From Olavius algarvensis Gamma 3 endosymbiont (GTDB taxonomy: Bacteria; Pseudomonadota; Gammaproteobacteria; GCA-001735895): a DNA stretch of 64,000 nt. This document shows positions 30,922-41,551 of this stretch, piece by piece. The first letter of the stretch is position 1. Every line of letters begins with the position of its first letter. The stretch covers positions 478,340-542,339 of the forward strand of contig DS021198.1 of NCBI GenBank assembly GCA_001735895.1. Reading direction: 5' to 3'. Both the position numbers and the translations under genes were made by a program. Below the pieces are notes generated by a model. It did not search any database. It saw nothing but the letters and a program-made list of their open reading frames with translations, and had not been told where the DNA came from.

Positions 30922-32373
30922 ATGCAACCTCTGGTAATCCTGCGCATATTGGGTCTATTGATGCTGCTCTCCAGCGGCACCCTGCTGCCGCCGATAATAA
31001 CCGGGCTAATCTATGGCGACGGCGCGGTATTGCCCTTTGTCGAAGCCTTTATGCTGACTCTGGTTACCGGTTTTTTGCTGTATCTGCCGGTGCGGCACCA
31101 TCGCGACGAATTGCGGCTGCGCGACGGTTTTCTCGTGGTAGTGTTGTTCTGGACCGTGTTGGGCGTGGCCGGCGGACTGCCGATTTACCTTTCCGGGGTT
31201 TACGATATTTCGGTAACCGATTCGGTTTTCGAATCGATCTCGGGCATTACCACGACCGGTGCTACGGTGATAGTCGGGATCGACGAGCTGCCGCATGCCT
31301 TGCTGCTGTATCGCCAGGAATTGCAATGGCTGGGCGGCATGGGCATCATCGTACTCGCAGTCGCGGTGCTGCCGATGCTGGGCGTCGGCGGGATGCAGTT
31401 GTTTCGTGCCGAGACGCCGGGGCCGGTTAAAGATACCAAGCTGACCCCGCGCATTACCGAGACCGCCAAGGCTTTATGGTATATCTACCTCGGTCTGACC
31501 ATCGCCTGCTGTCTTGCCTACTGGCTGGCGGGCATGTCGTTCTTCGATGCGATGTCGCATTCGTTTTCGACGGTCGCAATCGGCGGATTTTCGACCCATG
31601 ACGCCAGCATCGGCTACTACGATAGTACCGCGATACAGTTTGTCGCAATCGTATTCATGCTGCTTTCGGGAGTGAATTTCGCGATTCACTTTACCGCGTT
31701 CCGCCATCGTTCATTGCAGCCCTATCGGCGCGATGCCGAATTTCGCACCTATATACTGGTGCTATTCCTGGTCAGCATTATTACGGTCGGCTACCTGCAG
31801 TTGATGCACACCTTCGATTCGACCGCGGAATCGATTATCGAGGGGCTGTTCCAGGTGGTGTCGATCGGCACCACCACCGGGTATACCACGGCCGAATACT
31901 ATAGCTGGCCGGGCTTCCTGCCGGTGCTGTTACTATACGTCAGTTTTATCGGTGGATGTTCGGGCTCGACCGGGGGCGGGATCAAGGTGATCCGCATTCT
32001 GTTGTTGGTTAAACAGGGGGTACGCGAGCTCCGCCGACTGGTGCATCCGAGTGCGCAGTATGCGGTCAAGATTGGAAAAAAGCCGATGCCGGAAAAGGTC
32101 ATCGAAGCGGTATGGGGATTCTTCGCCGCCTACTTTGCTATTTCGGCACTGATGATTTTGCTGTTGATGGCGACCGGACTCGATCAAGAAACCGCGTTTT
32201 CCGCGGTAGCCGCCTGCCTCAACAACCTGGGTCCGGGCCTGGGCGACGTAGGTCGAAATTTTGCCTCCATCAATGATCCGGCAAAATGGATTCTATGTGT
32301 CGCGATGCTGCTCGGGCGACTCGAAATTTTCACCTTGCTGGTGCTTTTTACACCGGCCTTCTGGAGGAAATAA
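30922..32373 (+). CDS. trkH: Trk system potassium transporter TrkH
   Basis: 483-aa polytopic membrane protein following trkA, with TrkH-typical pore-loop TTTG/GG segments. Confidence 0.92.
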   Translation: MQPLVILRILGLLMLLSSGTLLPPIITGLIYGDGAVLPFVEAFMLTLVTGFLLYLPVRHHRDELRLRDGFLVVVLFWTVLGVAGGLPIYLSGVYDISVTDSVFESISGITTTGATVIVGIDELPHALLLYRQELQWLGGMGIIVLAVAVLPMLGVGGMQLFRAETPGPVKDTKLTPRITETAKALWYIYLGLTIACCLAYWLAGMSFFDAMSHSFSTVAIGGFSTHDASIGYYDSTAIQFVAIVFMLLSGVNFAIHFTAFRHRSLQPYRRDAEFRTYILVLFLVSIITVGYLQLMHTFDSTAESIIEGLFQVVSIGTTTGYTTAEYYSWPGFLPVLLLYVSFIGGCSGSTGGGIKVIRILLLVKQGVRELRRLVHPSAQYAVKIGKKPMPEKVIEAVWGFFAAYFAISALMILLLMATGLDQETAFSAVAACLNNLGPGLGDVGRNFASINDPAKWILCVAMLLGRLEIFTLLVLFTPAFWRK

Positions 32374-32377
32374 GCCG

Positions 32378-33193
32378 ATGAATACGACCAGCCGGGAAGT
32401 CGATACCCGTAGCTTGGCCAAACCGGTACCGGCAAAACTCGAAGCCAAAATACGTGCCGGCGTCGGCCGCGCGATCAGCGATTTCAACATGATCGAAGCC
32501 GGTGATCGTGTCATGGTCTGCCTGTCGGGTGGCGCCGACAGTTACACTCTGCTCGATATACTGTTGGTCTTGCAAAAAGCCGCGCCGATCGATTTCGAAC
32601 TGGTGGCGGTTAACCTCGACCAGAAACAGCCCGGATTTCCGCAGCAGGTGCTACCCGAATATCTGGCATCGCTCGGGGTCGAATTCAGAATCGTCGAGGA
32701 AGATACCTATAGCGTGGTCAAACGGGTAATCCCCGAAGGTAAAACCACCTGTTCGTTATGCTCGAGATTACGGCGCGGCGTTTTATACAACGCCGCCGCC
32801 GAAATCGGCGCTAGCAAGATTGCCCTGGGGCACCACGCCGACGATATCGTCGAAACCGCGTTTCTGAACATGTTCTACAATAGCCGGCTCAAGACAATGC
32901 CGGCAAAACTCAAAAGCGACGATCAACGTAACATTGTCATCCGACCGCTGGCCTATCTGCGCGAAAGCCTGATCAAACAGTATGCGGCGCTGCGCCAATT
33001 CCCCATTATTCCGTGTAATTTATGCGGCTCGCAACCCAAACTGCAACGCCAGGCGATCAAGGCGATGTTGCAGCAGTGGGATAAGTCGAATCCCGGCCGG
33101 GTCGAAAACATATTGAAATCACTGTGTCAGGTGACGCCGTCGCACCTGCTTGACCGCAATCTTTTCGATTTTACAAATCTAACAAATCTATAG
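32378..33193 (+). CDS. ttcA: tRNA 2-thiocytidine(32) synthetase
   Basis: PP-loop CLSGGADS and [10 protein letters not shown] / CNLCGSQ cysteine motifs. The ATG 32378 start is used; the ORF track extends upstream into trkH. Confidence 0.9.
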   Translation: MNTTSREVDTRSLAKPVPAKLEAKIRAGVGRAISDFNMIEAGDRVMVCLSGGADSYTLLDILLVLQKAAPIDFELVAVNLDQKQPGFPQQVLPEYLASLGVEFRIVEEDTYSVVKRVIPEGKTTCSLCSRLRRGVLYNAAAEIGASKIALGHHADDIVETAFLNMFYNSRLKTMPAKLKSDDQRNIVIRPLAYLRESLIKQYAALRQFPIIPCNLCGSQPKLQRQAIKAMLQQWDKSNPGRVENILKSLCQVTPSHLLDRNLFDFTNLTNL

Positions 33194-33237
33194 GGGACAG
33201 ACCACGTTTTTCTAAAAGAAAAACGTGGTCTGTCCCC
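33193..33237. repeat. perfect 20-bp-stem hairpin GGGGACAGACCACGTTTTTC-TAAAA-GAAAAACGTGGTCTGTCCCC
   Basis: Begins at the last base of the ttcA stop codon and is followed by an A-rich run, not a U tract. It shares the stem ends GGGGACAGA/TCTGTCCCCAA with the hairpin at 40324. Confidence 0.6.
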
Positions 33238-33502
33238 AACAAAAAAAACTCTGGCCGATTTGACCAGAGCAAGGTGATTATCTCGAGGAGAGAAAAACTG
33301 ACTTGAATGCGTTGATGCTTGGTGCGGTGCGTCCCTGCACCTGTTGACCATCCTGTCTGTCGACCCGTCCCTTTGTCGTGCTAGTATATTGGCAGGTTTG
33401 ACGCTGGGCATATATCGCGGATGGGCTTAAGAGTTGTCAGCTTAAACCGTATAATTATGTAGGGGCTGTCCTACAATTAACAAACGGAGAATTTCAACAG
33501 GC

Positions 33503-34446
33503 ATGCTATTCCCAGCCATACAACCCGGTCGGACTTGGCGCTTGCCGGTGTCAGATCTGCATACGCTGTATATTGAGGAGAGCGGCAATCCGAAAGGCAC
33601 GCCCGTGGTGTTTCTGCACGGCGGGCCGGGCGGCTCGTGCGAACCGGGGCATCGGCGCTTTTTCAATCCCGAGTCCTATCGCGTTATCCTGTTTGACCAG
33701 CGCGGTAGCGGCAAATCCCGGCCCCATGCGGGTCTGGAGGAAAATTCGACCTGGGATCTGGTGGCGGATCTGGAAAAAATCCGCGAGTTTCTCGAGATCG
33801 ATCGCTGGGTCGTGTTTGGCGGTTCCTGGGGTTCAACCCTGGCGCTGGCTTACGCACAAACTCACCCCGAAAAAGTATTGGGATTGATTCTGCGCGGTAT
33901 CTTCCTGGCGCGCGACGAGGATGTGGATTGGTTTTTTAAGGGCCGCGCGGCACGCATCTTCCCTGAAGCCTGGCAGCACTTCATCGAGCCGATTCCGGAG
34001 GCTGAGCGCGGCGATATTATTGCCGCTTATTATAAGCGTCTCACCAGCGACAATGAAATTGTGCGTATGGGGGCGGCCAAGGCCTGGTCGATCTGGGAAG
34101 GCTCCTCGGTGGCGTTGTTGCCGATAAAAACGTGGTCGATCATTTCAGCGATCCGCATATTGCGCTCAGTATTGCCCGTATCGAATGCCATTATTCCAGC
34201 AACAATTGTTTTTTCAGGCCTAACCAGCTGCTCGAAGATATGGGAAAGATCGAGCATATTCCGGGATACATCGTTCACGGGCGCTACGATCTGGTATGCC
34301 CGATCGATCAGGCGTTTTTACTCAAACAAGCTTGGGCTAACGCACAACTCAAAATCATTCCCGATGCAGGGCATGCCGTTACCGAACACGGCATCAGCAA
34401 AGCGCTGGTGGAATGCTGCAATTCGATGTTGGAAATCGTGGCTTGA
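33503..34446 (+). pseudogene. pip: prolyl aminopeptidase (proline iminopeptidase), frameshifted
   Basis: ORF 33503.. carries VVFLHGGPGG and GGSWGSTLAL (nucleophile elbow) up to AKAWSIWEG. The C-terminal part (VVDHFSDPHIALSIARIECHY...IPDAGH) is in the frame of ORF 34132..34446. The break is near CCGATAAAAACG (34121-34132). Confidence 0.8.
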
Positions 34447-34877
34447 TTACGCTGCTGCAGCGCGTCAGCGCGGCGCGGGTCGAGGTTGACGGCATAACCA
34501 TCGGAAGCATCGAGCAGGGCATCTTGGCGTTGGTCGGGATCCAGGCCGACGACGATCTGGCAACTGCGCAACAGTTTGTCGATCGCCTATTGAACTATCG
34601 CGTGTTTGCCGATGCCGACGGCAAGATGAATCGGTCGCTGGTCGATATCGACGGGGGCCTGCTGTTGGTTCCCCAGTTCACGCTCGTCGCCAATACTAAA
34701 AAAGGGCGCCGTCCCAGTTTTACTTCGGCCGCGCATCCGCAACACGGTAGTGACATATTCGCCGCGATGGTCGCCCATGCCGGTTCTATCCACGGCTGCG
34801 TTGCCTGCGGTCAATTCGGTGCGGATATGCAAGTACGGTTGATCAACGACGGGCCGGTTACGTTTATCCTCGATTGA
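34443..34877 (+). CDS. dtd: D-aminoacyl-tRNA deacylase
   Basis: TTG 34443 (TTGA overlap with the pip stop) gives MITLLQRVSAARVEVDG..., the canonical Dtd N-terminus. ~144 aa. Confidence 0.85.
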   Translation: MITLLQRVSAARVEVDGITIGSIEQGILALVGIQADDDLATAQQFVDRLLNYRVFADADGKMNRSLVDIDGGLLLVPQFTLVANTKKGRRPSFTSAAHPQHGSDIFAAMVAHAGSIHGCVACGQFGADMQVRLINDGPVTFILD

Positions 34878-34960
34878 ATCGCTGCACCGATTAATGGTCG
34901 AATTTGGCCACGATGTCGATTATCATCGCAGGCTCTAAAATCCTGCCGGAAAAAAGGTAG

Positions 34961-35554
34961 ATGTCAGATCGCAGTGCTAATGTCAGCCGCGACACGCTGG
35001 AAACGAAGATCAGCGTCGCGCTCAACCTGGATGGTAGCGGCAACGCCCGCTTCGATACCGGAATCCCGTTTCTCGAACACATGCTCGAGCAGATTGCCCG
35101 GCATGGAGCCTTCGACCTGGAAGTGTCCGCCAGCGGGGATCTGCATATCGACGATCATCATACGGTCGAAGATATCGGCATAACTCTGGGCCAGGCTTTC
35201 AAGCGGGCGCTCGGCGATAAAACGGGCATCATGCGCTACGGGCACGCCTATGTGCCTCTGGACGAGGCTCTGTCCCGGGTTGTCATCGATTTTTCCGGTC
35301 GCCCCGGTATCGAGTATCGGGTTGAATTCAAGCGCCCTCGGGTGGGGCAATTCGATGTCGATTTGTTGCATGAGTTTTTCCAGGGTTTCGTCAACCATGC
35401 CCCGGCGACGCTGCATATCGATAACCTGGCGGGAGTTAATGCGCATCATGTGGCCGAAACCATTTTCAAGGCTTTCGGGCGCGCCCTGCGTAATGCAGTG
35501 ACGCGGGACGAGCGCATGCCGGGCGTGATTCCGTCAACCAAAGGGTCCCTCTAG
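34961..35554 (+). CDS. hisB: imidazoleglycerol-phosphate dehydratase
   Basis: 197 aa; [15 protein letters not shown] and [15 protein letters not shown] blocks. Confidence 0.95.
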   Translation: MSDRSANVSRDTLETKISVALNLDGSGNARFDTGIPFLEHMLEQIARHGAFDLEVSASGDLHIDDHHTVEDIGITLGQAFKRALGDKTGIMRYGHAYVPLDEALSRVVIDFSGRPGIEYRVEFKRPRVGQFDVDLLHEFFQGFVNHAPATLHIDNLAGVNAHHVAETIFKAFGRALRNAVTRDERMPGVIPSTKGSL

Positions 35555-35557
35555 ATC

Positions 35558-36205
35558 ATGCAGACGATTGCCGTAATCGACTACGGCATGGGGAATCTCA
35601 GGTCGGTCGTCAATGCGCTGCGGGTGGTTAGCACAAAAACCGACGAGGTAGTGTTGACCTCCGATCCCGCGCAGGTACTGAACGCCGACCGCGTGGTTTT
35701 TCCCGGACAGGGAGCGGCGGGTGACTGCATGCGCGCAATCGACCAATACGGATTGCGCGAAGCGATCCTGAGCTCGGCGCGTCAACAACCGTTTCTGGGA
35801 ATTTGTATGGGTATGCAGGTGTTAATCGAATCCAGCGAAGAAAACCAGGGCACCGACTGTCTCGGTGTTTTCGCCGGTCAGGTTCGCTATTTTGGTGATG
35901 GTCATGAGGACCGAAGCGGCGTTAAACTTAAGGTTCCGCATATGGGTTGGAATCGCGTGCAGCAGACTCAAACACATCCGTTATGGCATTCGATCGATGA
36001 TGGTAGCCGATTTTATTTTGTCCACAGTTATTACCTCGATGCAGAGGATGAAACTCTGGTTGCGGGGGTTACCGACTACGGCTTCGGCTTTACCAGTGCT
36101 ATCGCGAAAGACAATGTGTTTGCGCTGCAATGCCATCCCGAGAAGAGCGCCGATGCCGGCCTGCAGCTGTTACGGAATTTTGTAAACTGGGACGGAAGGG
36201 CATGA
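35558..36205 (+). CDS. hisH: imidazole glycerol phosphate synthase, glutaminase subunit
   Basis: [14 protein letters not shown], catalytic Cys in GICMGMQ, HPEKS. Confidence 0.95.
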   Translation: MQTIAVIDYGMGNLRSVVNALRVVSTKTDEVVLTSDPAQVLNADRVVFPGQGAAGDCMRAIDQYGLREAILSSARQQPFLGICMGMQVLIESSEENQGTDCLGVFAGQVRYFGDGHEDRSGVKLKVPHMGWNRVQQTQTHPLWHSIDDGSRFYFVHSYYLDAEDETLVAGVTDYGFGFTSAIAKDNVFALQCHPEKSADAGLQLLRNFVNWDGRA

Positions 36206-36933
36206 TTCTAATACCGGCTATCGATTTAAAGCAGGGACACTGCGTGCGATTACGCCAGGGCAACATGGATGAAACCACGGTGTTTTCCGACGATCCGGTG
36301 GCGATGGCGGGCAAATGGGTGGCTCAGGGTTGTGGTCGGCTGCATCTGGTTGACCTCGACGGCGCGTTCGAAGGCGAGCCGATCAATGCCGACGTCATCG
36401 AAGAGATCAGCGCCTCCTTCCCCGGCCTGGAAATTCAGATTGGCGGCGGAATTCGATCCATCGAAACGGTTGAAGCTTATCTGGAGGCCGGGGTCAGCTA
36501 CGTCATTATCGGCACCATGGCGGTCAAACGCCCCGAATTTGTGACCCAGCTATGTTCCGAGTTTCCGGGTAATGTCATTATCGGTCTCGATGCCCGGAAC
36601 GGAAAGGTGGCGACGCATGGCTGGGCCGAGGAATCGGAACACGAGGCCAGCGATTTGGCGCGGCGATTCGAGGATCAGGGCGTAGCCGCCATCGTCTATA
36701 CCGACATCAGCCGCGACGGCATGATGGAGGGCGTTAATGTCGAGGCCACCCGCGCGCTCGCCAAATCGATCGACGTGCCGGTGATTGCCTCGGGTGGCGT
36801 CACCGACATGGATTGCATCGTCCAGCTCAATGAGGTCAAGGATTCCGGTATCGAAGGCGTGATCATCGGTCGTGCCCTCTACGAGCGCACCATCAGCCTG
36901 GTAGAGGCGCAAGCCTATATCGATCAGCACTAG
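36202..36933 (+). CDS. hisA: 1-(5-phosphoribosyl)-5-[(5-phosphoribosylamino)methylideneamino]imidazole-4-carboxamide isomerase
   Basis: ATG 36202 overlaps the hisH stop; [17 protein letters not shown]. The stop TAG (36931-36933) coincides with the MITE end. Confidence 0.93.
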   Translation: MILIPAIDLKQGHCVRLRQGNMDETTVFSDDPVAMAGKWVAQGCGRLHLVDLDGAFEGEPINADVIEEISASFPGLEIQIGGGIRSIETVEAYLEAGVSYVIIGTMAVKRPEFVTQLCSEFPGNVIIGLDARNGKVATHGWAEESEHEASDLARRFEDQGVAAIVYTDISRDGMMEGVNVEATRALAKSIDVPVIASGGVTDMDCIVQLNEVKDSGIEGVIIGRALYERTISLVEAQAYIDQH

Positions 36934-37179
36934 CCTGCATATTGCACGAAGGCGGCACAAAATTCGGAGAAATAGCATAGTTATCAACGTATTAAGTCAA
37001 TTTTTCCAGAAAATAGCGGGTTACAGTTTGTACCTGAACGAACTCAGGACCAATCTGGCTGCCAATCTCGAACGATCCCCCTTGAGCCATGGCTACGGCT
37101 ATGGCCCGGCGGGCGATCGTCCGACCTTGTTTGCCAGATTTCCCCTGAGTTTCGTTCCCTTCATGCAATATGCAGGCTA
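36931..37179. mobile_element. MITE copy 2, inserted between hisA and hisF
   Basis: Same ends as copy 1 (TAGCCTGCATATTGCACGAAGG ... CCTTCATGCAATATGCAGGCTA), flanked by TA/TA. The right ~125 bp is nearly identical to copy 1. Confidence 0.85.
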
Positions 37180-37197
37180 GCCCGCATAATTTTTGTT

Positions 37198-37974
37198 ATG
37201 TCGCTCGCAAAACGCATCATTCCCTGTCTCGACGTCGATAACGGCCGCGTGGTCAAGGGTGTCAAATTTGTCGAAATCCGCGATGCGGGCGATCCGGTCG
37301 AAGTGGCGCGGCGCTATAACCAGGAAGGCGCCGACGAGTTGACCTTTCTCGACATCACCGCCAGTTCGGATAACCGCGAAACCATGGTCCACGTAGTCGA
37401 GGATGTCGCCGCCGAGGTTTTCATACCGTTAACGGTGGGTGGCGGTATTCGCGAACTCGCCGACATTCGGCGCATGCTCAACGCCGGCGCCGACAAGGTC
37501 AGTATCAATACCGCGGCGGTATTCAATCCCGAGTTCGTGGCGCAGGCCGCCGACAAGTTCGGTTCGCAATGCATTGTCGTGGCGGTAGACGCCAAACGGG
37601 TGAGCGCCGCGGAGGAGCCGGGTCGCTGGGAGATTTTTACCCACGGTGGGCGCAAACCGACGGGTATCGATGTAATCGAATGGGTGCGAAAAATGGATGC
37701 CTACGGCGCCGGCGAGATACTGTTGACCAGCATGGACCGCGATGGCACTAAAATCGGCTTCGATAATGAACTGACGCGCGAAGTTTCGGATGCGGTGCGC
37801 GTGCCGGTGATCGCTTCGGGCGGCGTCGGGAACTTACAACACCTGGTGGATGGCGTTCTCCAGGGCAAGGCCGATGCGGTGCTGGCGGCGAGTATTTTTC
37901 ATTTTGCGCAATACAGTATCGGCGAGGCCAAGGCCTTCATGCAAAGCCACGGCATCGAGGTTCGGGATGACTGA
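37198..37974 (+). CDS. hisF: imidazole glycerol phosphate synthase, cyclase subunit
   Basis: [16 protein letters not shown] and [10 protein letters not shown] blocks, 258 aa. Confidence 0.95.
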   Translation: MSLAKRIIPCLDVDNGRVVKGVKFVEIRDAGDPVEVARRYNQEGADELTFLDITASSDNRETMVHVVEDVAAEVFIPLTVGGGIRELADIRRMLNAGADKVSINTAAVFNPEFVAQAADKFGSQCIVVAVDAKRVSAAEEPGRWEIFTHGGRKPTGIDVIEWVRKMDAYGAGEILLTSMDRDGTKIGFDNELTREVSDAVRVPVIASGGVGNLQHLVDGVLQGKADAVLAASIFHFAQYSIGEAKAFMQSHGIEVRDD

Positions 37975-38350
37975 CTGGCTCGAGCAGATTAGCTGGAATA
38001 ACGATGGGCTGGTGCCGGCCATCGCGCAGGATCATCAATCCGGAAAAATTCTGATGCTGGCCTGGATGAACCGTGAAGCCCTGCGTTTGAGCCGCGAGCA
38101 GGGGCGGGCGGTTTACTGGTCGCGCTCCCGCCGAAAGCTCTGGTTCAAGGGTGAAGAGTCGGGTCATTTGCAGCTGCTGCACGAAATCAGAATCGATTGC
38201 GACGCCGATGTCGTGTTATTGCAGGTCGAACAACAGGGTGGGATTGCCTGTCATACGGGTCGGAGGCGCTGTTTCTTTCGGGTTTTAAAGGATGGAGCAT
38301 GGCGGATCGATGAAGAAATTATCAAAAATCCCGACGAGATTTATCGATGA
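37967..38350 (+). CDS. hisI: phosphoribosyl-AMP cyclohydrolase
   Basis: ATG 37967 gives [22 protein letters not shown]...; CHTGRRRCF motif. The ORF track extends upstream into hisF. Confidence 0.9.
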   Translation: MTDWLEQISWNNDGLVPAIAQDHQSGKILMLAWMNREALRLSREQGRAVYWSRSRRKLWFKGEESGHLQLLHEIRIDCDADVVLLQVEQQGGIACHTGRRRCFFRVLKDGAWRIDEEIIKNPDEIYR

Positions 38351-38673
38351 GTGATGATATACTCCTGCGCCTGATGGCTGTACTGGCATCGAGAAAGGAC
38401 GCCGATCCCGCTTCTTCTTATGCGGCGGGACTGTACCACAAAGGTCTCGACGCGATTTTGAAGAAAATCGGGGAAGAGTCAGCGGAAACCATCATCGCCG
38501 CGAAATCAGGCGATAAACAGCAGATTGTTTATGAAACTGCGGATCTGTGGTTTCATTGCCTGGTGATGTTGGCGCAACAGAATTTGGATGCACGGCTGGT
38601 ACTGGAAGAACTGGAACGCCGCTTCGGCGTTTCCGGTGTCGACGAAAAAGCCGCGCGTGAACAAGATGAATGA
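38347..38673 (+). CDS. hisE: phosphoribosyl-ATP diphosphatase
   Basis: 108 aa; [14 protein letters not shown]...[13 protein letters not shown] pattern. Confidence 0.9.
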   Translation: MSDDILLRLMAVLASRKDADPASSYAAGLYHKGLDAILKKIGEESAETIIAAKSGDKQQIVYETADLWFHCLVMLAQQNLDARLVLEELERRFGVSGVDEKAAREQDE

Positions 38674-38681
38674 GGTGAAAA

Positions 38682-38903
38682 ATGGGTTTTGGTGGAATTA
38701 GTATCTGGTCGCTGTTGTTGATCCTGGCGATCGTGATTCTTTTGTTTGGCACCAAGAAGCTGCGTAATGTAGGCGGAGATCTGGGCGGTGCGATCAAGAA
38801 TTTCAAGAAATCGGTGAAAGACGAGGAAGCCGCGCAGGATAAGGCAGAGCCCGAAAATCAGATAATCGAAGGTAAAGTCACCGAAGAAAAAGACAAGGTC
38901 TAG
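38682..38903 (+). CDS. tatA: twin-arginine translocase subunit TatA
   Basis: [35 protein letters not shown]. Confidence 0.93.
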   Translation: MGFGGISIWSLLLILAIVILLFGTKKLRNVGGDLGGAIKNFKKSVKDEEAAQDKAEPENQIIEGKVTEEKDKV

Positions 38904-38938
38904 TCGCGTAAAAACGGTCTTAAAACCGGTATTTTCTG

Positions 38939-39397
38939 ATGTTTGACATAGGCTTCACCGAGATGATGCTGATCGGCATCGTCGCGCTCATCGTGATCGG
39001 ACCCGAACGCCTGCCGGGGGTGGCGCGCACTGCGGGTAAGTATTTCGGTCGCTTGAAACGCTTTATGACCAGCGTCAAGGCCGATGTCGAACAGGAATTG
39101 CGGGCTGACGAGCTGCGTCAGATTCTGGCCGATCAGCAACGCGAGCTGGACACGCTGAAAGACAGTATTTCAGACGCCGGTAAAGAAATCGAAAAAGAAG
39201 CCAGTGCGGCCGGCGCTTCGCTGACGCAAGAACTCGATGATTCTATTAACGCTCCGGACTCGTCTCAAGTCGCGGCCGTCGCCGACGATTTACCCGCGCA
39301 AGAGTCCCCCGCCGAAGAGCCCCTGGCGCAAGAATCTCCCGCCGAAGAATCGCCCGAGCCCGAGCAAGACACCGCGCCTGGCGAAGTGAAACCATGA
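38939..39397 (+). CDS. tatB: twin-arginine translocase subunit TatB
   Basis: MFDIGFTEMMLIGIVALIVIGPERLP, with an acidic/Pro-rich tail. Confidence 0.9.
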   Translation: MFDIGFTEMMLIGIVALIVIGPERLPGVARTAGKYFGRLKRFMTSVKADVEQELRADELRQILADQQRELDTLKDSISDAGKEIEKEASAAGASLTQELDDSINAPDSSQVAAVADDLPAQESPAEEPLAQESPAEESPEPEQDTAPGEVKP

Positions 39398-40281
39398 GCG
39401 AAGCGGAAAATCCGGAAGAGGAAAAAAGCGGCAGCCTGATGTCACACTTGGTCGAGCTGCGCGATCGCGTAGTGCGTATGGTGGTCGCGGTGCTGGTGTT
39501 ATTCCTCGGCATGTTCTACTGGGCCAACGATATCTACGTCTACCTCGCGGAACCCTTGACGCGTCATCTGCCCGAAGACGCAAACATGATCGCTATCGAT
39601 GTCGCCTCGCCGTTTCTGACGCCCTTCAAGCTGGTATTGATGCTGGCGATTTTTTTGGCGATGCCGGTGATTCTTCATCAATTGTGGGCCTTCGTAGCGC
39701 CGGGCCTTTATTCCAACGAGAAACGTATCGCGGGGCCGCTATTGGTGTCGAGTATCCTGTTGTTCTATGGCGGGGTGGCTTTTGCCTACTATATCGTGTT
39801 CCCTCTGGTGTTCGGCTTCTTTACCAGTATCGGCCCCGAAATCGTCAATATATCTACCGATATCGGACGTTATCTCGATTTTGTGCTGGCGCTGTTTTTC
39901 GGCTTCGGTCTCGCCTTCGAAGTGCCAATCGCCACCATCATTCTGGTGGCGATTGGATTTACCACGCCCAAGAAACTCTCCGAAAAACGCCCCTATGTCA
40001 TCGTCGGCGCTTTTATCCTGGGCATGATGCTAACTCCGCCGGACGTTATATCGCAGGTATTGCTGGCACTGCCGATGTGGATACTGTTCGAGGCCGGTCT
40101 GATCGCTTCGGCGATAATCTTCAAGGACCGTGAACAGGATGAAGATGACGAATACGAAGACGAAGATCTAGAGCAGGAAGCGGAACCGGCTACCGTGTCG
40201 GAGCATCACCCATTGACCGATGAGGAAATGGAGGCCGAACTCGACCGCGCCGAGGCCGGCGAGGACAGGCTCGATAAGTGA
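39394..40281 (+). CDS. tatC: twin-arginine translocase subunit TatC
   Basis: 295 aa, 6-TM; HLVELRDR N-terminal motif; acidic C-terminal extension. Confidence 0.93.
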   Translation: MSEAENPEEEKSGSLMSHLVELRDRVVRMVVAVLVLFLGMFYWANDIYVYLAEPLTRHLPEDANMIAIDVASPFLTPFKLVLMLAIFLAMPVILHQLWAFVAPGLYSNEKRIAGPLLVSSILLFYGGVAFAYYIVFPLVFGFFTSIGPEIVNISTDIGRYLDFVLALFFGFGLAFEVPIATIILVAIGFTTPKKLSEKRPYVIVGAFILGMMLTPPDVISQVLLALPMWILFEAGLIASAIIFKDREQDEDDEYEDEDLEQEAEPATVSEHHPLTDEEMEAELDRAEAGEDRLDK

Positions 40282-40323
40282 TGCACGGTTTGGCTGTTTT
40301 GGATTATCTCAGGTTGCTTCGAG

Positions 40324-40349
40324 GGGGACAGATCTGAAGATCTGTCCCC
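40324..40349. repeat. hairpin GGGGACAGATCT-GA-AGATCTGTCCCC
   Basis: Perfect 12-bp stem 43 nt after tatC. It has the same stem termini as the 33193 hairpin. Confidence 0.55.
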
Positions 40350-40401
40350 AAGATTCCGAGAATTTACTCAATTAATACCACTGCGACCCGATAACATCGG
40401 T

Positions 40402-40938
40402 ATGCGCAACGGTTCCATACTTTTGCTTACCTTATTGCTGATCACGCTAAGTGGCACGCTCGCGGCGCTTGAGCTATTCGGCATTGCCCTCGAGACCGCT
40501 AATCGCGACGAATTGCGCGCCGCGGTTAAAGCGGCCGGGCTGGTGCTGGTACGCGAGGGTGGCGACGATCATTGGTTTGACGTCTATGACAGTTCCACGG
40601 CACTGGACGGATCGACCCGGTTTTACCTGGGTTTCGTCAAACTCAACCAGGTGTTTGCCTTTGCCGAATACGAATTCGTCGGGCTGGATCGTAGACGCTT
40701 GGTGCGCGACTTGACGCTTAAGTACGGTGCCGCCGAGATCCGGCGTGGGCGCTTTTTATCCGATCAGAGTCATCGCTGGCAGCGCGACGGGATTCGGATC
40801 GAACTCGGCGGCGACTGGCATAATTATAAGACCCGGTTGACTTACTTCTCGCCGCAAAACATGTCGAAACTGCAGGCGGAACGGTCGGTCGCCGCCAAGC
40901 CGCAGGACGCCGCGGAGCCATCGATCTCGTTTTATTGA
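40402..40938 (+). CDS. hypothetical secreted protein
   Basis: 178 aa with a signal peptide (LLLTLLLITLSGTLAA). No family recognised. Confidence 0.5.
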   Translation: MRNGSILLLTLLLITLSGTLAALELFGIALETANRDELRAAVKAAGLVLVREGGDDHWFDVYDSSTALDGSTRFYLGFVKLNQVFAFAEYEFVGLDRRRLVRDLTLKYGAAEIRRGRFLSDQSHRWQRDGIRIELGGDWHNYKTRLTYFSPQNMSKLQAERSVAAKPQDAAEPSISFY

Positions 40939-41040
40939 AAACCGCTTATCGTCGTAAATTGTCCGTTGGGCAGGGTAAATCCGCGATTAACCGGCAAAAC
41001 GAGCCGCAGGGGCTAAACTAATGGTATCCCAAGATTCCGA

Positions 41041-41310
41041 TTGCCGATGAATATAACCAGTCCCGCCAATGCGCCCAATGCGATTCCCGAAGCCAGCCGT
41101 AGCGCCGTCGAGGGTATCCGCGAGCAATTGAATCGTCTCGACCGGAATGTGGCCGAGGTCGCCAAGGGAGAGGGCGGCACGTTCGCGCCGGGTTCGCGTG
41201 ATCGTGCCCTGGTCGAACAGCACGAAATCCTGCAGGCTGCGCGCGCCAACGCTCGTTCGCTGGAAACCGCCAACCAGGTGCTCGGCACGATCATCGATAT
41301 CAAGGTCTGA
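41041..41310 (+). CDS. hypothetical small protein
   Basis: 89-aa ORF, predicted helical, with no recognised motif. Confidence 0.35.
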   Translation: MPMNITSPANAPNAIPEASRSAVEGIREQLNRLDRNVAEVAKGEGGTFAPGSRDRALVEQHEILQAARANARSLETANQVLGTIIDIKV

Positions 41311-41551
41311 ATATCCGACGCGGTAACGATCTGTTCGCCAGGAAAACCGACACCACCCGTTACCGTCGAACCGCTCCAGGCTCCGTCACATATAAATAAG
41401 ATCAGGCCGGGTTAGAGTGAGATATCCCGATGCTCTGTTAAATTCAATGCTGAGCATCAATTATGCGCCTCTCCGGTATTCGCGCGGTTAACCCGAATTC
41501 GCTTTTACGCTATTATGCAGGACCAATCAGTCCGCCGTTTCGATAAACTCA

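Noticed and set aside
33193-33237. The 20-bp hairpin after ttcA as a canonical rho-independent terminator.
   Set aside because: No U tract follows it on either strand in terminator orientation. I kept it only as a structured repeat.
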